A DNA stretch of 63,110 nucleotides, filler included, from Pelomyxa schiedti (lineage: Eukaryota; Protista; Evosea): assembly GCA_020536535.1 (NCBI GenBank). It is 5 parts of 5 records of this genome, joined end to end, with 100 filler letters (N's around TTAATTAATTAA, not from the genome) between each part and the next. Parts side by side here need not be neighbours in the genome. Positions count along the whole stretch, not along the records: positions 1 to 23,087 come from JAHLWZ010001061.1; positions 23,188 to 39,656 come from JAHLWZ010000355.1; 3 more parts are not named here. The stretch is one strand, 5' to 3'. The position numbers and the translations under genes were made by a program. This document shows, one piece after another, positions 11,335 through 23,442 of the stretch. The first letter of the stretch is position 1. Each line of letters opens with the position of its first letter. Below the pieces are notes generated by a model, which saw nothing but the letters and a program-made list of their open reading frames with translations, made no database searches and had not been told where the DNA came from.

Positions 11335-12937
11335 TTAGAAAATTCGGGCATAGTCAGGGTGTTTTCGGCCGATAGTCTCCAAGATGTTGTTTACAAGGTA
11401 GCATGCACGTTCAATGTGGTGATCCCAGAGTTCTTGTTCACTACCGGCTGTACAATTGTGAGGGGTTTTAATATTGGAGGAAGGCAAACTTGTTTCAAAG
11501 ATGATCAATCTGGAGATCTGGTCAATTGAGCCACCCATTCGTGCTTCACCAATCATCTTAGCAGCAAACCTCTCTGCCAATTCAGGTGAGACACCAAGAA
11601 GCAGGCCGAGTTCGTCAAACGATATATTGTTGTACAAACGGGATGCGGATAGAAGGTTATGTTCAAGGAATGCACTGAGGGAAAGAATGCAAGTTAGACC
11701 CCAACAAGTGAAATATCGTGAAGAATACTGTTGAACCACAGTGAGACCTTCGGACTTGATTCCCACTTGATGCGGTGGCAGTCCAGCAGAGAATCTTGCA
11801 GCCTCATCGGGTTTCAAAACATTTTCCAAATACCTGCGTCAGGTAAATGGGAAATCTAAAAAAGAGGAATCCACATTTTCTTGAGAATTCCATAGTGATC
11901 AAGGTATTGGGTCCGTTCATCTTTGTACAGAGTGGCCAACATACGAGACCGCTGAGGTCCAGCTTCTGCCAAAATGGCGGAGTTCACTGCTTGTTGCAGG
12001 GCCATTCGACGTTCCTTCATTACACGGTTAACATACACTCGCCGACTTGAGTTAAAGCATACTTCATCTGGACCATTCTGTGAGATATCGTAATAATGAA
12101 TGGCTGCCTTGATAAATTGTTGGTTCAAATCAAGTACTTGTGCAAAACATCTCTGATTTGTATATTATCAGTACTCAATGTCAGATTAAAAAAGGTGCTA
12201 AAAGGAACCTTGTATTGATGCACAAGGACAGGTTTGGGGCACTTGTGAACAGTAGCTGAAGCCCGTGTAATGTACGTGAGGGCAACGTCAGCCTTCCCTG
12301 TCTGCAGAATTAAAGTAGCAATCTTCACAAACAACTCAGTCTTAGCTTCAGCATCCACCATCCTGGGAAATGAAAGCAAATTAAAATCACACCTAACTGA
12401 CTCTCTGGAACCTTGTGCTGGAGTCTACTGGGATAGCCATAAGTTGTTCAGCAGCCTCCTGCGCACGGCCTTCTGCTTCGTACAAGCGTGCCAAATTTCC
12501 TCGAAGGTTGACAATCTACAGAAAAGATAAGTATCGTATAACAAAGCAAGAACTTACATGCTCCTCGAATGCTACTGTGCGTGGTTGCAGCTTGCTAATA
12601 GCGTGTAGTGCCATTTGCACCATCATTTGTTGGGGGAGAGATTGAACTTTTGCAACGAAATCAGAGAGCAAGGGCCGAGACACAACTAATGGGGTTTTTT
12701 CCTCAGACACTAGGATTTGAGAGGGAAAACCAAATGAGCATTGAACGTTGAGATACGGTATTGACAATCAAATTTCTATGAAGAAAATAGGGGCCTACTG
12801 TGGTCAATGAATTTCATGATGTCAGGCGCAGAGGCCCGGGAGATGGCATCGTTTAGGAGAGTTGTGTACTCCTTGGACTTCGCCTTATGGTCACTCAATC
12901 CCGCTATTTGCACGAGTTTCCTCCCGAAATCAGCCAT
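11335..12937 (-). CDS. COPS4: COP9 signalosome subunit 4
   Basis: LQPRTVAFEE, LAEAGPQRSRMLATLYKDER, EHNLLSASRLYNNISFDELGLLL...GSIDQI (PCI domain). Multi-exon. Confidence 0.93.
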
Positions 12938-13199
12938 GGTGACTTTTTTGTTTGTGCGGGTTAGTTGTTGCTCGGAACGCGTTCAAGTTTTCCCAATAAC
13001 AAACGCAGTTACGGTGTAGTATGGTATCATATTTACGTGGTGGTGTTTGTGCGGAAGTTGTTAGCCTAAACGTACTGCTTGCTTGTCGTCCACAGGTTTT
13101 TTTTTCTTTTACTTTTTTGGATCTTTCTAAACACTGGCGGTCGGTTTCAGATTTGTTGCTATTGGTTCAATCAATTAGAAAAAAAAAAAGAAGGGCGTG

Positions 13200-14432
13200 A
13201 TGGCGGCAGCGGTTGGGAAGAGAGACGCTGCAGTTGGCCACGCGTTGGAATTTTTGAGCGGGATTGATCTGTGTTGCGTTGGGCTTGTGTGCAGATCTTG
13301 GCATTCGTTGGCTGCATCTGATGGTCTGTGGGCCAAGTCTGTGAGTTTCTAGTTTTTCGTTTCTTGGTGGTTTTTTTTCCCCCCACTTGACACATTAATA
13401 TGTCACACAAGATGCTGTTGTTGGCACAAATCGTTAGCAAATTTACCCTTGTAGGTTAGTGCATGGGTTGGGCTTGGTGTGTTGTGCAGAGGGAAGAGAG
13501 TGCGTGTGTGGATCTAAAGGAGGATTTAAGCGGATCTGGGTACAGTACATGTGGAAGATTCACAAGAAAGCACGGACTCGAACTGAGCGTATCGTTCCTT
13601 TTTCAAGTTTCTTTTTCCCTTTTTTTTTCATTCACTGTTCTTTCAAAAGCTAGTGACGACATAGTGATACATATCCACTTGCTCCTCACAGGCCCAAAGC
13701 GATCTGGAATAACTTGCTTCCAGCGAAGATTTGAGGCAATTCAACCCCCAGAATAAATTTCCACTTACTGTGTGAAGGATGACATATATGATCCTGACCC
13801 AATAACAACTATAGGTGTTAGTTTCAAATTAGTAACACGCGAAGTTGGTCAATATCGTGTCCGATTGCATGTACAACGAGAGAAACTGAATACATGTAAC
13901 AGTTACAGATATTGGACATACCAGCCCCGTTTTTAAGAGGACCTTGTTTCATTCGTGCCGACGTACTCCTTTTGTGCTGTAGGGTTTCTTTCGTTAATTC
14001 GCTTCTAACTCAAAGAAAGTTGATTTGAATGATCCCAAATCGTTTACCGAGGCATCTGAACGAATTCTTCCTCACATCATGGCAAACGGCATCCATCCAT
14101 TGAGGGTTGTACTAATCGGTTGCAAGTCTGATCTAGGTAAGCCCTTCCTTGCCAATTTTATCTGACATACGATACTAGTTCATAATGTCTCTAAAGAGGC
14201 CATAAATGCACTCTGCAAGTCACATGCAAACCTCACTTATTATGAGACTTCTGCGAGGCTTTCCACTGGCATTGAGCAACCTGTCTTGGATTCGTGTGCC
14301 AAGGTACGGCAACCACAACAAATAACGCCTTCTAACCTATAGAAGATACTGGAACCAATAAAGTCTCCAAAAGCAATAACCAGACTTCAGAAGCAACCAC
14401 CCACGCCTCCCTCCGCATGTTCTTTGTTGTGA
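13200..14432 (+). CDS. F-box + Rab/Ras-like pseudo-GTPase with C-terminal CAAX (CSLL)
   Basis: Exon 1: LEFLSGIDLCCVGLVCRSWHSLAASDGLW (F-box). Then GPKRSGIT (G1), TTIGVSF (G2), LDIPA (G3), IGCKSD (G4), ETSAR (G5), ending PPSACSLL*. Confidence 0.75.
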
Positions 14433-14481
14433 AACCCAATTTTTTTTTATTTTATTTATCCCACTGTGTCCTATTGTTTTG

Positions 14482-14990
14482 GTCGGTGCCTTGGTGGCTC
14501 TGTTGTCTCGAGCTCTTTCTGGACGTTTGAGGCAAACTCGGGGTCGGTGGCTCAATACCCGGCGAACTGGATTTTTTTTGAAAGAAAAAAAGTTAAGTCT
14601 AACACCACGCCCAACTCCACGGGTGAGGATGGAGGGCCTGGAGACAATTGCTTTCTCTGGAGGTGCCTGTGCTACCCGTGGAGCGGTGTGAGGCCGTGCT
14701 CTCGCCTGTGCCCTTGTGGTGCCTGCTGGCACAACCACCAACCCACTTTCTGTAAATTTTTTTATGCCCACAAAATCATCCCCTGTGCAGAGATAACAGG
14801 CACCCTTCAGTCGGTGCTGCTAGCTCTGTTGTCTCGAGCGTCGTAGAGGTGTTTGAGAACCAGGGGTCTGTGGATCAAGACCGGCCAACGTAGATTTTTT
14901 TGTAGAGATTTGATCTCCAACAGCGGCTAACAACAAAATCACCACGGACTATGGATGGCAGGGAGACCATAGGTTTGAGTGCCAGAGATG
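14482..14990. repeat. Diverged direct repeat (two copies, ~330-bp period) between convergent genes
   Basis: gtcggtgc...gctctgttgtctcgagc...gtttgag...ggggtc.gtgg.tcaa.acc.g...gattttttt occurs at ~14482 and ~14810. Confidence 0.6.
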
Positions 14991-15051
14991 TGGAGGCTTT
15001 TTGGTTCAAAAACAACAAAAAGAGAATATCTTCTAAAGAACCTAGTTTTGT

Positions 15052-18000
15052 TCAGTTTCGTTCCTCAGAGGCAAGTGACTTGGCACAGGTCGTAACCACA
15101 TAGGGGAAGTCCGGACGCCGTTTCAGGCACTCCACAATCACCTCTGAACTCCACACTGGGTCATACAATGGAGGACCCACAGGCTGGCCCAACGTGCAGC
15201 ACTCCACAGTGCCTCCAACCAACACAGAGCAGCGCGATGTAACGACCATGTTGTACACGCAGTCGACGTCGCCGCGCACGGCCGGCTGCTGTCCCATAAG
15301 CTCGCCGGGCAGGCACCACTTGCCCTTGTGGCAGACGGGATGGTCCGGTGTGATTTCCACTATCCCACGGCCGGCTTCGGAGACGGTGATGAGAAGGTGT
15401 GATTGGGCCTCTTGGAGTCTGCATCTGTAATGTTGTTTGAGCAAAACTAGAAGAAAAAAGGGTGTGATACTTGCCTCCAAATGCATTCGACTTCTTGGAA
15501 GCTTCCATCGGCACATTCAACTTTGGTCCCAACTTTCAGGTCACACATTTTCACTGGTGTGTTGTTGTTCTGCACACTGAATGTTGCATTTGGACCAAAG
15601 CACACTTCCTTGGAGAAAAACGATGACACCTTACAAATACGAAATTAGAAGTACACACGGACTATTTCAGGGTACATACAGGTGCCGGAACAATAGGCGG
15701 TTTGTGGGAATCGCATGTGAATGTAGAATTCTTCCACAAAACACGAGGACTGGGTGTTAGAACCCATTCACCACGGTAAGCCTTGGTCCACAGTGGTTCA
15801 CTTCTGGCAAGCTCATGAAATAGTCTGCAGGTTTGTGTAAGCTGAATCAACGCAACAAAGTTTAGGTGGGAGAAAATCTCTGGTTTTGAATTAGCAGTCA
15901 AAGTTGGTGAATCAAAACAGCATATTACCAAGCCACGTATCTCTTGGCAGTACATCAGTTCCAGAGCAACCGAGGTCTAAGCCATAGCAATCACAAAGCA
16001 CATCATCGGGATTTGTTGTTCTCCTTTGTCCACCAAATCTTTTCCATTTTGGCTGTTAGATAGAGTTTATTCTTGTTTGAATAGGTACAGAAAAATGTGG
16101 CGGTTGTCATAGGACACCATTGAATGGAAATCTCGGGCAATAGGAGAATTTTCAACAGTGAGTTCCGTCCAGTACATACTGTTTTTTTACTGAAATGTGA
16201 GACAACTGTGGATTGATTCATGACAACACACCTATTTAGATCCAGTTGAAACAGTTTACTGTCAACGCAATTTTGTGGGCAGCTGAAAGAATATTAAATT
16301 GGCAGAGTAACGTAGAGGTAAGTATTACCCGAAAATGAACATGAAATCACGAACGACGCACGCAGAGTGGCCCCTAAGTGGAGGTGGTGATGCTCCTTTT
16401 TGACAAAGTTGCTGGCAGGCCTGGGAAAATGATACCCGACGTTAAAAACTCGTTTGTGAAGCCTGCATACTAACCGGCAGGTTCACAAGATCAAGCCTCC
16501 ACAGGTCATTCAACCAAGATCCGTTAGAGGCAATGCCCCCAAATCTGGATATGTGGGAAGTCGCACATTTATTTAGAGGTGACTAACATCAGCATCCCGT
16601 TTTTGTGTACTAGAGCGGTGTGATGGTAGCGGCTCGGTACGAAGTGGGGTTCTGTTCCATGTTCCTTTGGTCTATTTGAAAATAAAAGGAAAACCAGTAA
16701 ACTACAAAGAGGGTCCATTGCAGATCAGATAAAGATACTGAGTATAGCTCGTCCGAAGCTGTACTTGCTGTCGAGTTAAATCCCCCAAATAATATCATGG
16801 AACTGTTATAAGCAACAGCCGTGGAGCCAAATCTAGCTGATGGGGACGTAGGAGACTCAATGAACTTCACACTGAATCCTAATCTTGGGAGATTTCAGAA
16901 CTTTGTTGGAAATCCTCGTTCGGGAATTCAAACTTGGAGGAATCACAATTTCCAACTATAATTTTGTTGCTGTACATCGAGCTTCTTCCTCCTTTGAGTG
17001 ATTAGCACCGAGGAATACAGAAGTATGGGTACCAAATGCAAATAGGTGTCCACTATGGGCAACACAGCAAGCAAATATGGTACCACAAAACTCTGGAGAA
17101 AGAGGAACCGGAGGTAACCATTTTTGGGAGAGAATGTCAAAGCGCAAAATCTACTTTTCTCGTTACTTTGCTGGGAAGTTGGGTTGGAATTACTTCACAG
17201 TTCTGGGTCTCATGACGTGAATTACTTCCTCCAAAGACATACCTATTGATAGTGAAAAGAACTTTACACTCCGTGGTAGCGATACATGACATTTCGGAGT
17301 AAAACTGAAGAATGTCCGTATCTTGGGATTCCAGGATTCAAACTGGTCCATGCAAAGTTGGTGGTATGGTCGTGCCTCACAGGTTTCTTTGCAACGGGCG
17401 GCTCTGACTTGGAGAACCACGGAAAAGAAAACATTGAGGACTTGGCGTGTGGGCAAGATCGGCACTGAGCTCCCCGAGTGATCTCTTGGAGAACATCAAC
17501 AGCCCCAATATGTTTCAACGCACTACGGCGAAATAAATGTGTAAAAAAAAAAACTGGGTAAGAACCAACCTGGTGTGAAGGTAACCATATGCATTAATCT
17601 TTTTAGAAAGGGTAACGCCTTCCTCAAAGGACACAGGAGAGTCCCTGCTGGAATGTGGTCCTAGGAAAACCTCAGGCAAGGAAGGTGAGTTTCTTGACTA
17701 CCATAAAAAAGATCTGATTTCAGACCAACGAGGAGAAGTGGTGCCTAGTTAACTTTCAGAACTATGAGATTCATTCAGCTAAAGAGAACAAACAGACCAT
17801 TGGGGAGCTGCGTCGAATTTCAGGTAGCCAGTTTGTAGTGACATGGTCAAAGGATTCACGGTTCATTATTGAAAAGCAAACCACAAAGATGTCAGTTCCC
17901 GGATATGAAAGTGGCCGGAGTCGTGCATAGTCGTCGTATCCCATACTAAAGCAGTCTTTGAAAAAAAGAGAAGAGGAGCCCCTATGATTCTTACGTGTCC

Positions 18001-18280
18001 CATAGACCTACGCAAAACTTCGTCCCATCCACAGACACCATGGCACTGTACTGGGAGATATATATCTGAGTGCAATAAGAGGCATTTCTCTTTGCATACA
18101 TTATCGAACACAGTGGGATTGTAACCATCCGAAGGGAACGAATTGCAAGTCATTCTTCTTTCCTTTAGAACAAAAAAAATGGCACTGCCATTACACGATA
18201 ATTAAGGCAGTCTTCCCGACGCCGGGGTCCCCAACAAATACAGCCTTGATCCCATAACACATGTCATCGGGGTGATCCAT
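15052..18280 (-). CDS. Atypical Rho/Rac GTPase + Kelch repeats + F-box + Hint (Vint-type) domain fusion protein
   Basis: IKAVFVGDPGVGKT, YNPTVFDN, WDT..YDDYARLRPLSYPGTD, GLKSDL, SALK; PRYGHS..MYVFGG, ARFGS..MILFGG, LRGHS..FIFG kelch repeats; LPRD..EIFSHL...TCRLFHELARSEPLW F-box; CFGPNAT..DLKVG..ITPDHPV..VYNMVV..CCTLGQ Hint/Vint. Confidence 0.8.
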
Positions 18281-18372
18281 CGTTGATCTTTCAGCAGTTT
18301 TTCTCCCTTCACGGAATCCGGTTCCGTTGATTGGACCAAGTTAGGACACGAAGGGCCGTTTTGTTTTGTCCC

Positions 18373-19295
18373 ATGAGTGCGGAGGGAGGTAACGGCCCAA
18401 ACGGGGTTGTCAGGGGATTAGTGTCGCTCTACACGTCCACGCCGAATCCAGGTCGTGCGGCGAGTGCGAGCGAAACAGACTTGTTTCACTACAATTGCCA
18501 GGTTGGGCAGTTCCTTCGTTGGTTTTTTTTTCAATAATCTCACCTCTTCTTATGCTAGGGATTTCATGATTGTGGGTGGGGATGCTCTTACAGGTGTTGT
18601 CAAATGGTTGTATCGAATTTGATTTTGCAGGGAATCATACCGCCTGAGCCTGTGAAACCATTTCCACTTGTCACTGACATCATACTGGCACTGGGCAAGG
18701 TATTTCCAATTACTCCCAAAACATTCCCCCAAATAGCGGCATCACTCTGACACACGCTATTTAATCAAATCATCAAGTTGTAATGCAGAGAATGAGTGCT
18801 TGTGGATCAGGAGAGTGGATAGAGCCTCCGGATATTGCCAAATTTATGAAAATCACCTATAACATTTCTGGTCCTCTGGGTGAATTCCGAATTCACCCAC
18901 AATCTAGTGGCAACATGTCCGTTTCGAATACTGTTGAGGAAATTAGTGCCCCCGCGCTTGCAGCTAGATTTTACACCCATTTTAAAGAACATGCAACTCC
19001 CATCTGTATTGATGACAGAGTTTATGCGTAATTCCCAAACCACCTACTCAACCGTTTAATTCCTTTCCAACTTTCCATTAGATACTGCGTTCTTGCAGTG
19101 AAGACTGTTGAAAACACACCTATGCTGCTTGTATTTGATCCCCACATTTCCGCAATTCTGGACTTCACTGACTTTGAAGAACACTGCCAGGGCACAGTGC
19201 TTGACGACTTCGAATTCAGAAAATTTGGCTGGAACCCCATTGTCACATTCTGTGGAAACAAGAATTGGTTGGTATTTTACCCGCACAAAATCTAA
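18373..19295 (+). CDS. UFM1-specific protease (peptidase C78, UFSP1-like)
   Basis: DCGWGCSYRCCQM catalytic Cys motif, WIEP, and DPH motif (LLVFDPH). Short form lacking the UFSP2 N-terminal domain. Confidence 0.85.
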
Positions 19296-19366
19296 ATGCA
19301 TGACGGACAATAAGAGGTTTTTTTTAACTACAAACAATTTATTACATAACCAATTTGCGTTGGGAT

Positions 19367-22122
19367 TTAAAAGCCCATTCGGGCTCTAGCTAGTGTAGCT
19401 TCCTTTATCTTCTGCAGTCTATCAAGAGTGCTATTCCCTCTGTAAAAGTCACCAATTCGATCCAGTACATTCTGGTGATAAGGTTTCCTCTTGTATTCTG
19501 CAATTAGTTGGTCACAGAGCTGAAGAATGACTTCATCCCTGCGCCTGGCAAACGAAGTCTAGTATCTCAGTTAGTTCACTCTGTTAGAAGGTTGTCTCAT
19601 ATACATTGGATGTATGAAGGAATATGTCTTTGAGGGTACTGAGGTCATTGGAAAAGGGCGGAATGTTGGTCCCGGCATGGAATTCCGGCAGTCCTATAGA
19701 ATAACATTGGGAGAATGGTGGCGGTTCACTAAGGAGAGTATGACCAAATAAGTTTCCAAGAGCGTAACTGATCTAAGGAATGCAAGTCAGCTAAACCAAA
19801 CTCTGAAGAGGAGATTACCTCCTGTTCTGCTTCTTGAACAGGCTTGTTCTTTACGGCGCAGTCTCTCGCCAATACATCCATCTTGGTCAGTACAAAGAAG
19901 ACTTTATCCCACTGCGAGTTATTGACTCCAACAGTGCCGGTGTTTGATGCTGTGCTAGCCCCTCTGGAAGTGGAATTGCCATCGGAATAAAGCAGTTTCA
20001 CAGCACTTGCAGCTAAGGAGCCAACTGAGCCCAGAAGACCCCATCCCCCACCACTTCCTCCACTGTCTCTGGTAGCAGGGATATTGTTAACTTTTCCATG
20101 TGTTTGAAGTGTCCTTCTGTAATTCAGAGTAAAAAAGTGTTCATTTTCTGAAGTAAACCTACACAAATTGTTCTCCTTCAATTGCATACAGTTTGCATTG
20201 TTCAAAGAGAGAGATTTGTCCGATGCTGTTGTGGATCTCAGCTGCAGGCATCATAAACAGTGAGAAGTCTGCCATCTGAAAAAAAATTACTGGTTGTAGG
20301 CAAATTGGAATGTTAACTCGTATGAACAGTTGCATCGTGGCAATTTGAGGTAAGATTGATTCTTGTGTATTGTTTTTCTGGTCGAGTCCCTTAGAGTCAA
20401 TTAAAATTATTCTTTTGGGAAGTTGACTAATAGAGGTAAGTGATTTATTTGGAAGGTACAAAGTACCAGTCTTTTGAACTAGCAGAATAGATGTACTGCT
20501 CATTTATAATAACAGCACGAAGGTTATGAAGTCTCTCAAACAATTGTCGTTGATCTCGCAATTGGTATCTATACCTCTCTAATGTCTTGAAAGAATCCAA
20601 GTGGCAAAAAACTTGGTTGAGTCTACAAACAAATCACTGAAACTGAATAATGGACAAAACAAGGAGTACCTGGGGTCTCTGTTCACATCCATATCTGTGC
20701 TGGGCAGTTCTCTCATCAACTCTTCTCGACTAAACCTTCTGAAGTCTGTTTGCCCACATATCTTCTGAAATTCAGGAAGCGGAACAGTTTCAAAAATTGT
20801 GAACTTGGTGTCACAGACCCCGATCTGAATACCGTTAGCCTTGATTTGTTGAAACAATCATACAGCAGATCTTGTCACTGGTATTGTAAATACGTGATTG
20901 ATGAAGGCACTTTTGCCAGCTGAAGTGACCCCAAAAATTCCAATTACTAACTTTTTCCACAGCCAACGTTCCGTTTTCACTCGCAAGTTCTCACATAATT
21001 CCATTAAAAATTCATAGTCATCCTGGCCTTCCTCCACACTTATCAATATTAAAGGAATAGAACAGGGATGTAGATACCTGGGATGCCTGCTGCATTGTCT
21101 GCGTAGTAAAGGGGGATGCAGTAGGTTGGGGAAAATTTGGAGAGTTGCAAGATGATGGCTGCGGAAATTTTTGAGTGGGAATCGATGTTTGTGGGAAATT
21201 GGGATTGGTCAAAGTAGGTTGAGGAAAATTTGGGGCAAGAGTAGGCTGCGGAAAATTAGGAGTGACAGACGGTTGTGGAAAAGTGGGAATTGCGGATGCG
21301 GGTTGCAGGAAATTGGGAGTGGGTATAGGAGGAGTGGGAGTTGGAGATGAAGGTAACGGTTGGAGAGGGGGTGTCGCTGGATTTGGTGGAATAAAATGAG
21401 AGGGAACGTTTGGTCTCATAGCAGTTGCAGTTGAGGCGCTGGGAGGAAGTTCCTGTACATAGAATGGGTAAAGAAGATAATGTGTTCGAATCCTTACCTG
21501 ACCATTTGTCAGGAATTTCAAAAATGTCCTGATTTTGTCTTTCATATCTTCAGATATGGCGGCTGGATTCGCAAGAAGAGAACAGAAATCAGATAACGTC
21601 TGAAGCAGAAATGCGTTTAGTTGTTGACGCATATCTTCAAGAAGAGGTTCGCTTTGAATGGCATTGTACAAATCTAGGTGGAGGATAAAGGCCACAGCTA
21701 AAAAAAAAAAGAAACTAATACTTTGTTTTGGGAGGTCTCTCATTTGCAAATTGGCGTGTAGAATTTCAAAGTCACTGTTTAAAAAAATGAAACAAACATT
21801 GATATGGAAAAACAGGATATAAGAAGGTCAGCAGTAAGTGAAATTACGTGAATGTGTGGAACACTTCTCTGGACAGAATTTCGTCATCAACGCCCGGTTG
21901 TGCTCCTGTCGTGCCCGAATTAGTCCTCGCCCTCGCAGGGCAATAAACGGTGACCACTTGCACGAATTGTTGCTGTTGCTGGAGCAATTGGTGGTGGCTG
22001 GGCGAGAACACGCCGCCACGTAGACCAACGGCCTCGCAAGGCACCCCGTTGACGTGAATTTCGGTAATCATTTTGAGGGACAGGTTTTTGGGTCGGCTGG
22101 CGTTGGGTTGCGAAAGCGACAT
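19367..22122 (-). CDS. PX-like + proline-rich + dynamin/EHD-like P-loop NTPase protein
   Basis: IGIFGVTSAGKSAFINH (G1), LIDSKG (G3), VLTKMD (G4). N-terminal VFHTFTDFEILHANL..LPK..MRQQLNAFL resembles a PX domain. PNFPQP repeats. Start codon uncertain (22122 or 22256). Confidence 0.65.
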
Positions 22123-22737
22123 CCCACTTGAGACACTAACGGAACAAAAAAATCAATAAATTCAGGGGAAAATGGTGTCACCAAGTTGGCGAATTGGCCA
22201 AAGACTGCACCTGATGTGCTGGTTTCATTTGTGCATACAATTTTAAAATCACTCATTTGATACAGAGTGAAGTGACTGCAAAGTGGTCATGGTCCCACTG
22301 CTGGAACTTGATCTCCTGCAGACTTTCACAGGTCAGGAGGTAAAGATCAGCAAGCCTGGTGCCTGGATTCAAATAAATGGTGACAGTGAGACTGCTGAAA
22401 GGGCTTTACTGTGAATGCAACCCAATGGAGGATGGAAAGTACATTGTTACCTCGTCATTGGGTATGTCAAGACTGTAGAGCCAAGTGAAGTGAGGTTCAT
22501 TGCACAAGTTTGTGGGTTCCCTTTTCTGGTTTCTTGTCTCCAAGTTCAGGGATCATACACTGAGGACAGCAAGGAGGAACATGAGGGCAGAATAAAACGT
22601 GAGGATGACATAGTCATGCAGATTGAGGACACCAGAGTGAAAAGTGAGGAGAATGAGGATGACGATGACAATGATGATGGGAGTGAAGCTGAAGGAGAGG
22701 TGAGGGCCGAGACAACTGTGAATGGGGTGCTGGTAAT

Positions 22738-22890
22738 TGTGGCACATACCAGGCAGTGTGCAACGGCCATGTGTACTGCACCCCAGAATGCAAAGCCACA
22801 ATGAAAAAAGGTGTGTGTAGTGAGCAGTAGCAACTGCCCTGCTCCCAAACAGCAGTCACTCTGACCAGTCAAGTCAATGTGGAACTGTGA
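22738..22890 (+). pseudogene. Degenerate fragment of the olfactomedin exon of the TRIM-OLF family
   Basis: ggcacataccaggcagtgtgcaacggccatgtgtactgcacccc...gccacaatga..aaggtgtgtgt...cagtagcaactgc.c..ctcccaaac..c.gtcactctg closely matches 4848-4990, with indels and a stop. Confidence 0.75.
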
Positions 22891-23442
22891 ACACACACCC
22901 CAGGGTGCAGGTTTTTGGGTAACCAACCTCTTTCAAGCAACAAGAACAAAGGTCAATGTAGACAAACACCTAGCTGTTATTCCTCACTGCAAAAGGCCTG
23001 GTCTTGCTTATTTGTCCCAGACAAACACGATGGGGTTATTTGATCCCTGTGTTACTGGGTATAATAGTGAAGATCTTGTTCTAGTACNNNNNNNNNNNNN
23101 NNNNNNNNNNNNNNNNNNNNNNNNNNNNNNNTTAATTAATTAANNNNNNNNNNNNNNNNNNNNNNNNNNNNNNNNNNNNNNNNNNNNACTCCTAACACAA
23201 CTCTTCGTGTATCGCAGGCAGTGCATCAGGAACCAAATGGGTGGTTGTATCTAGACATGACTGAGGAATCAGATGACCTGATCTTTTGATTCTCAAGTTG
23301 CTTCAACACACTCAGATTATACATTGCCTTCACCAAGGGACCCTAGATTTCCGCGGGGCGGGGAAGGCGAGGCTCGGCGGGCGAGCACACAACGGCGCGC
23401 AGCAATTAACATTATTATTATTATGGGATTGTGGTCGCATTC

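Noticed and set aside
23088-23187. TTAATTAATTAA palindrome inside N runs (also 39657-39756, 41789-41888, 61163-61262)
   Set aside because: Artificial six-frame-stop spacer from scaffolding or contig joining, not biology.
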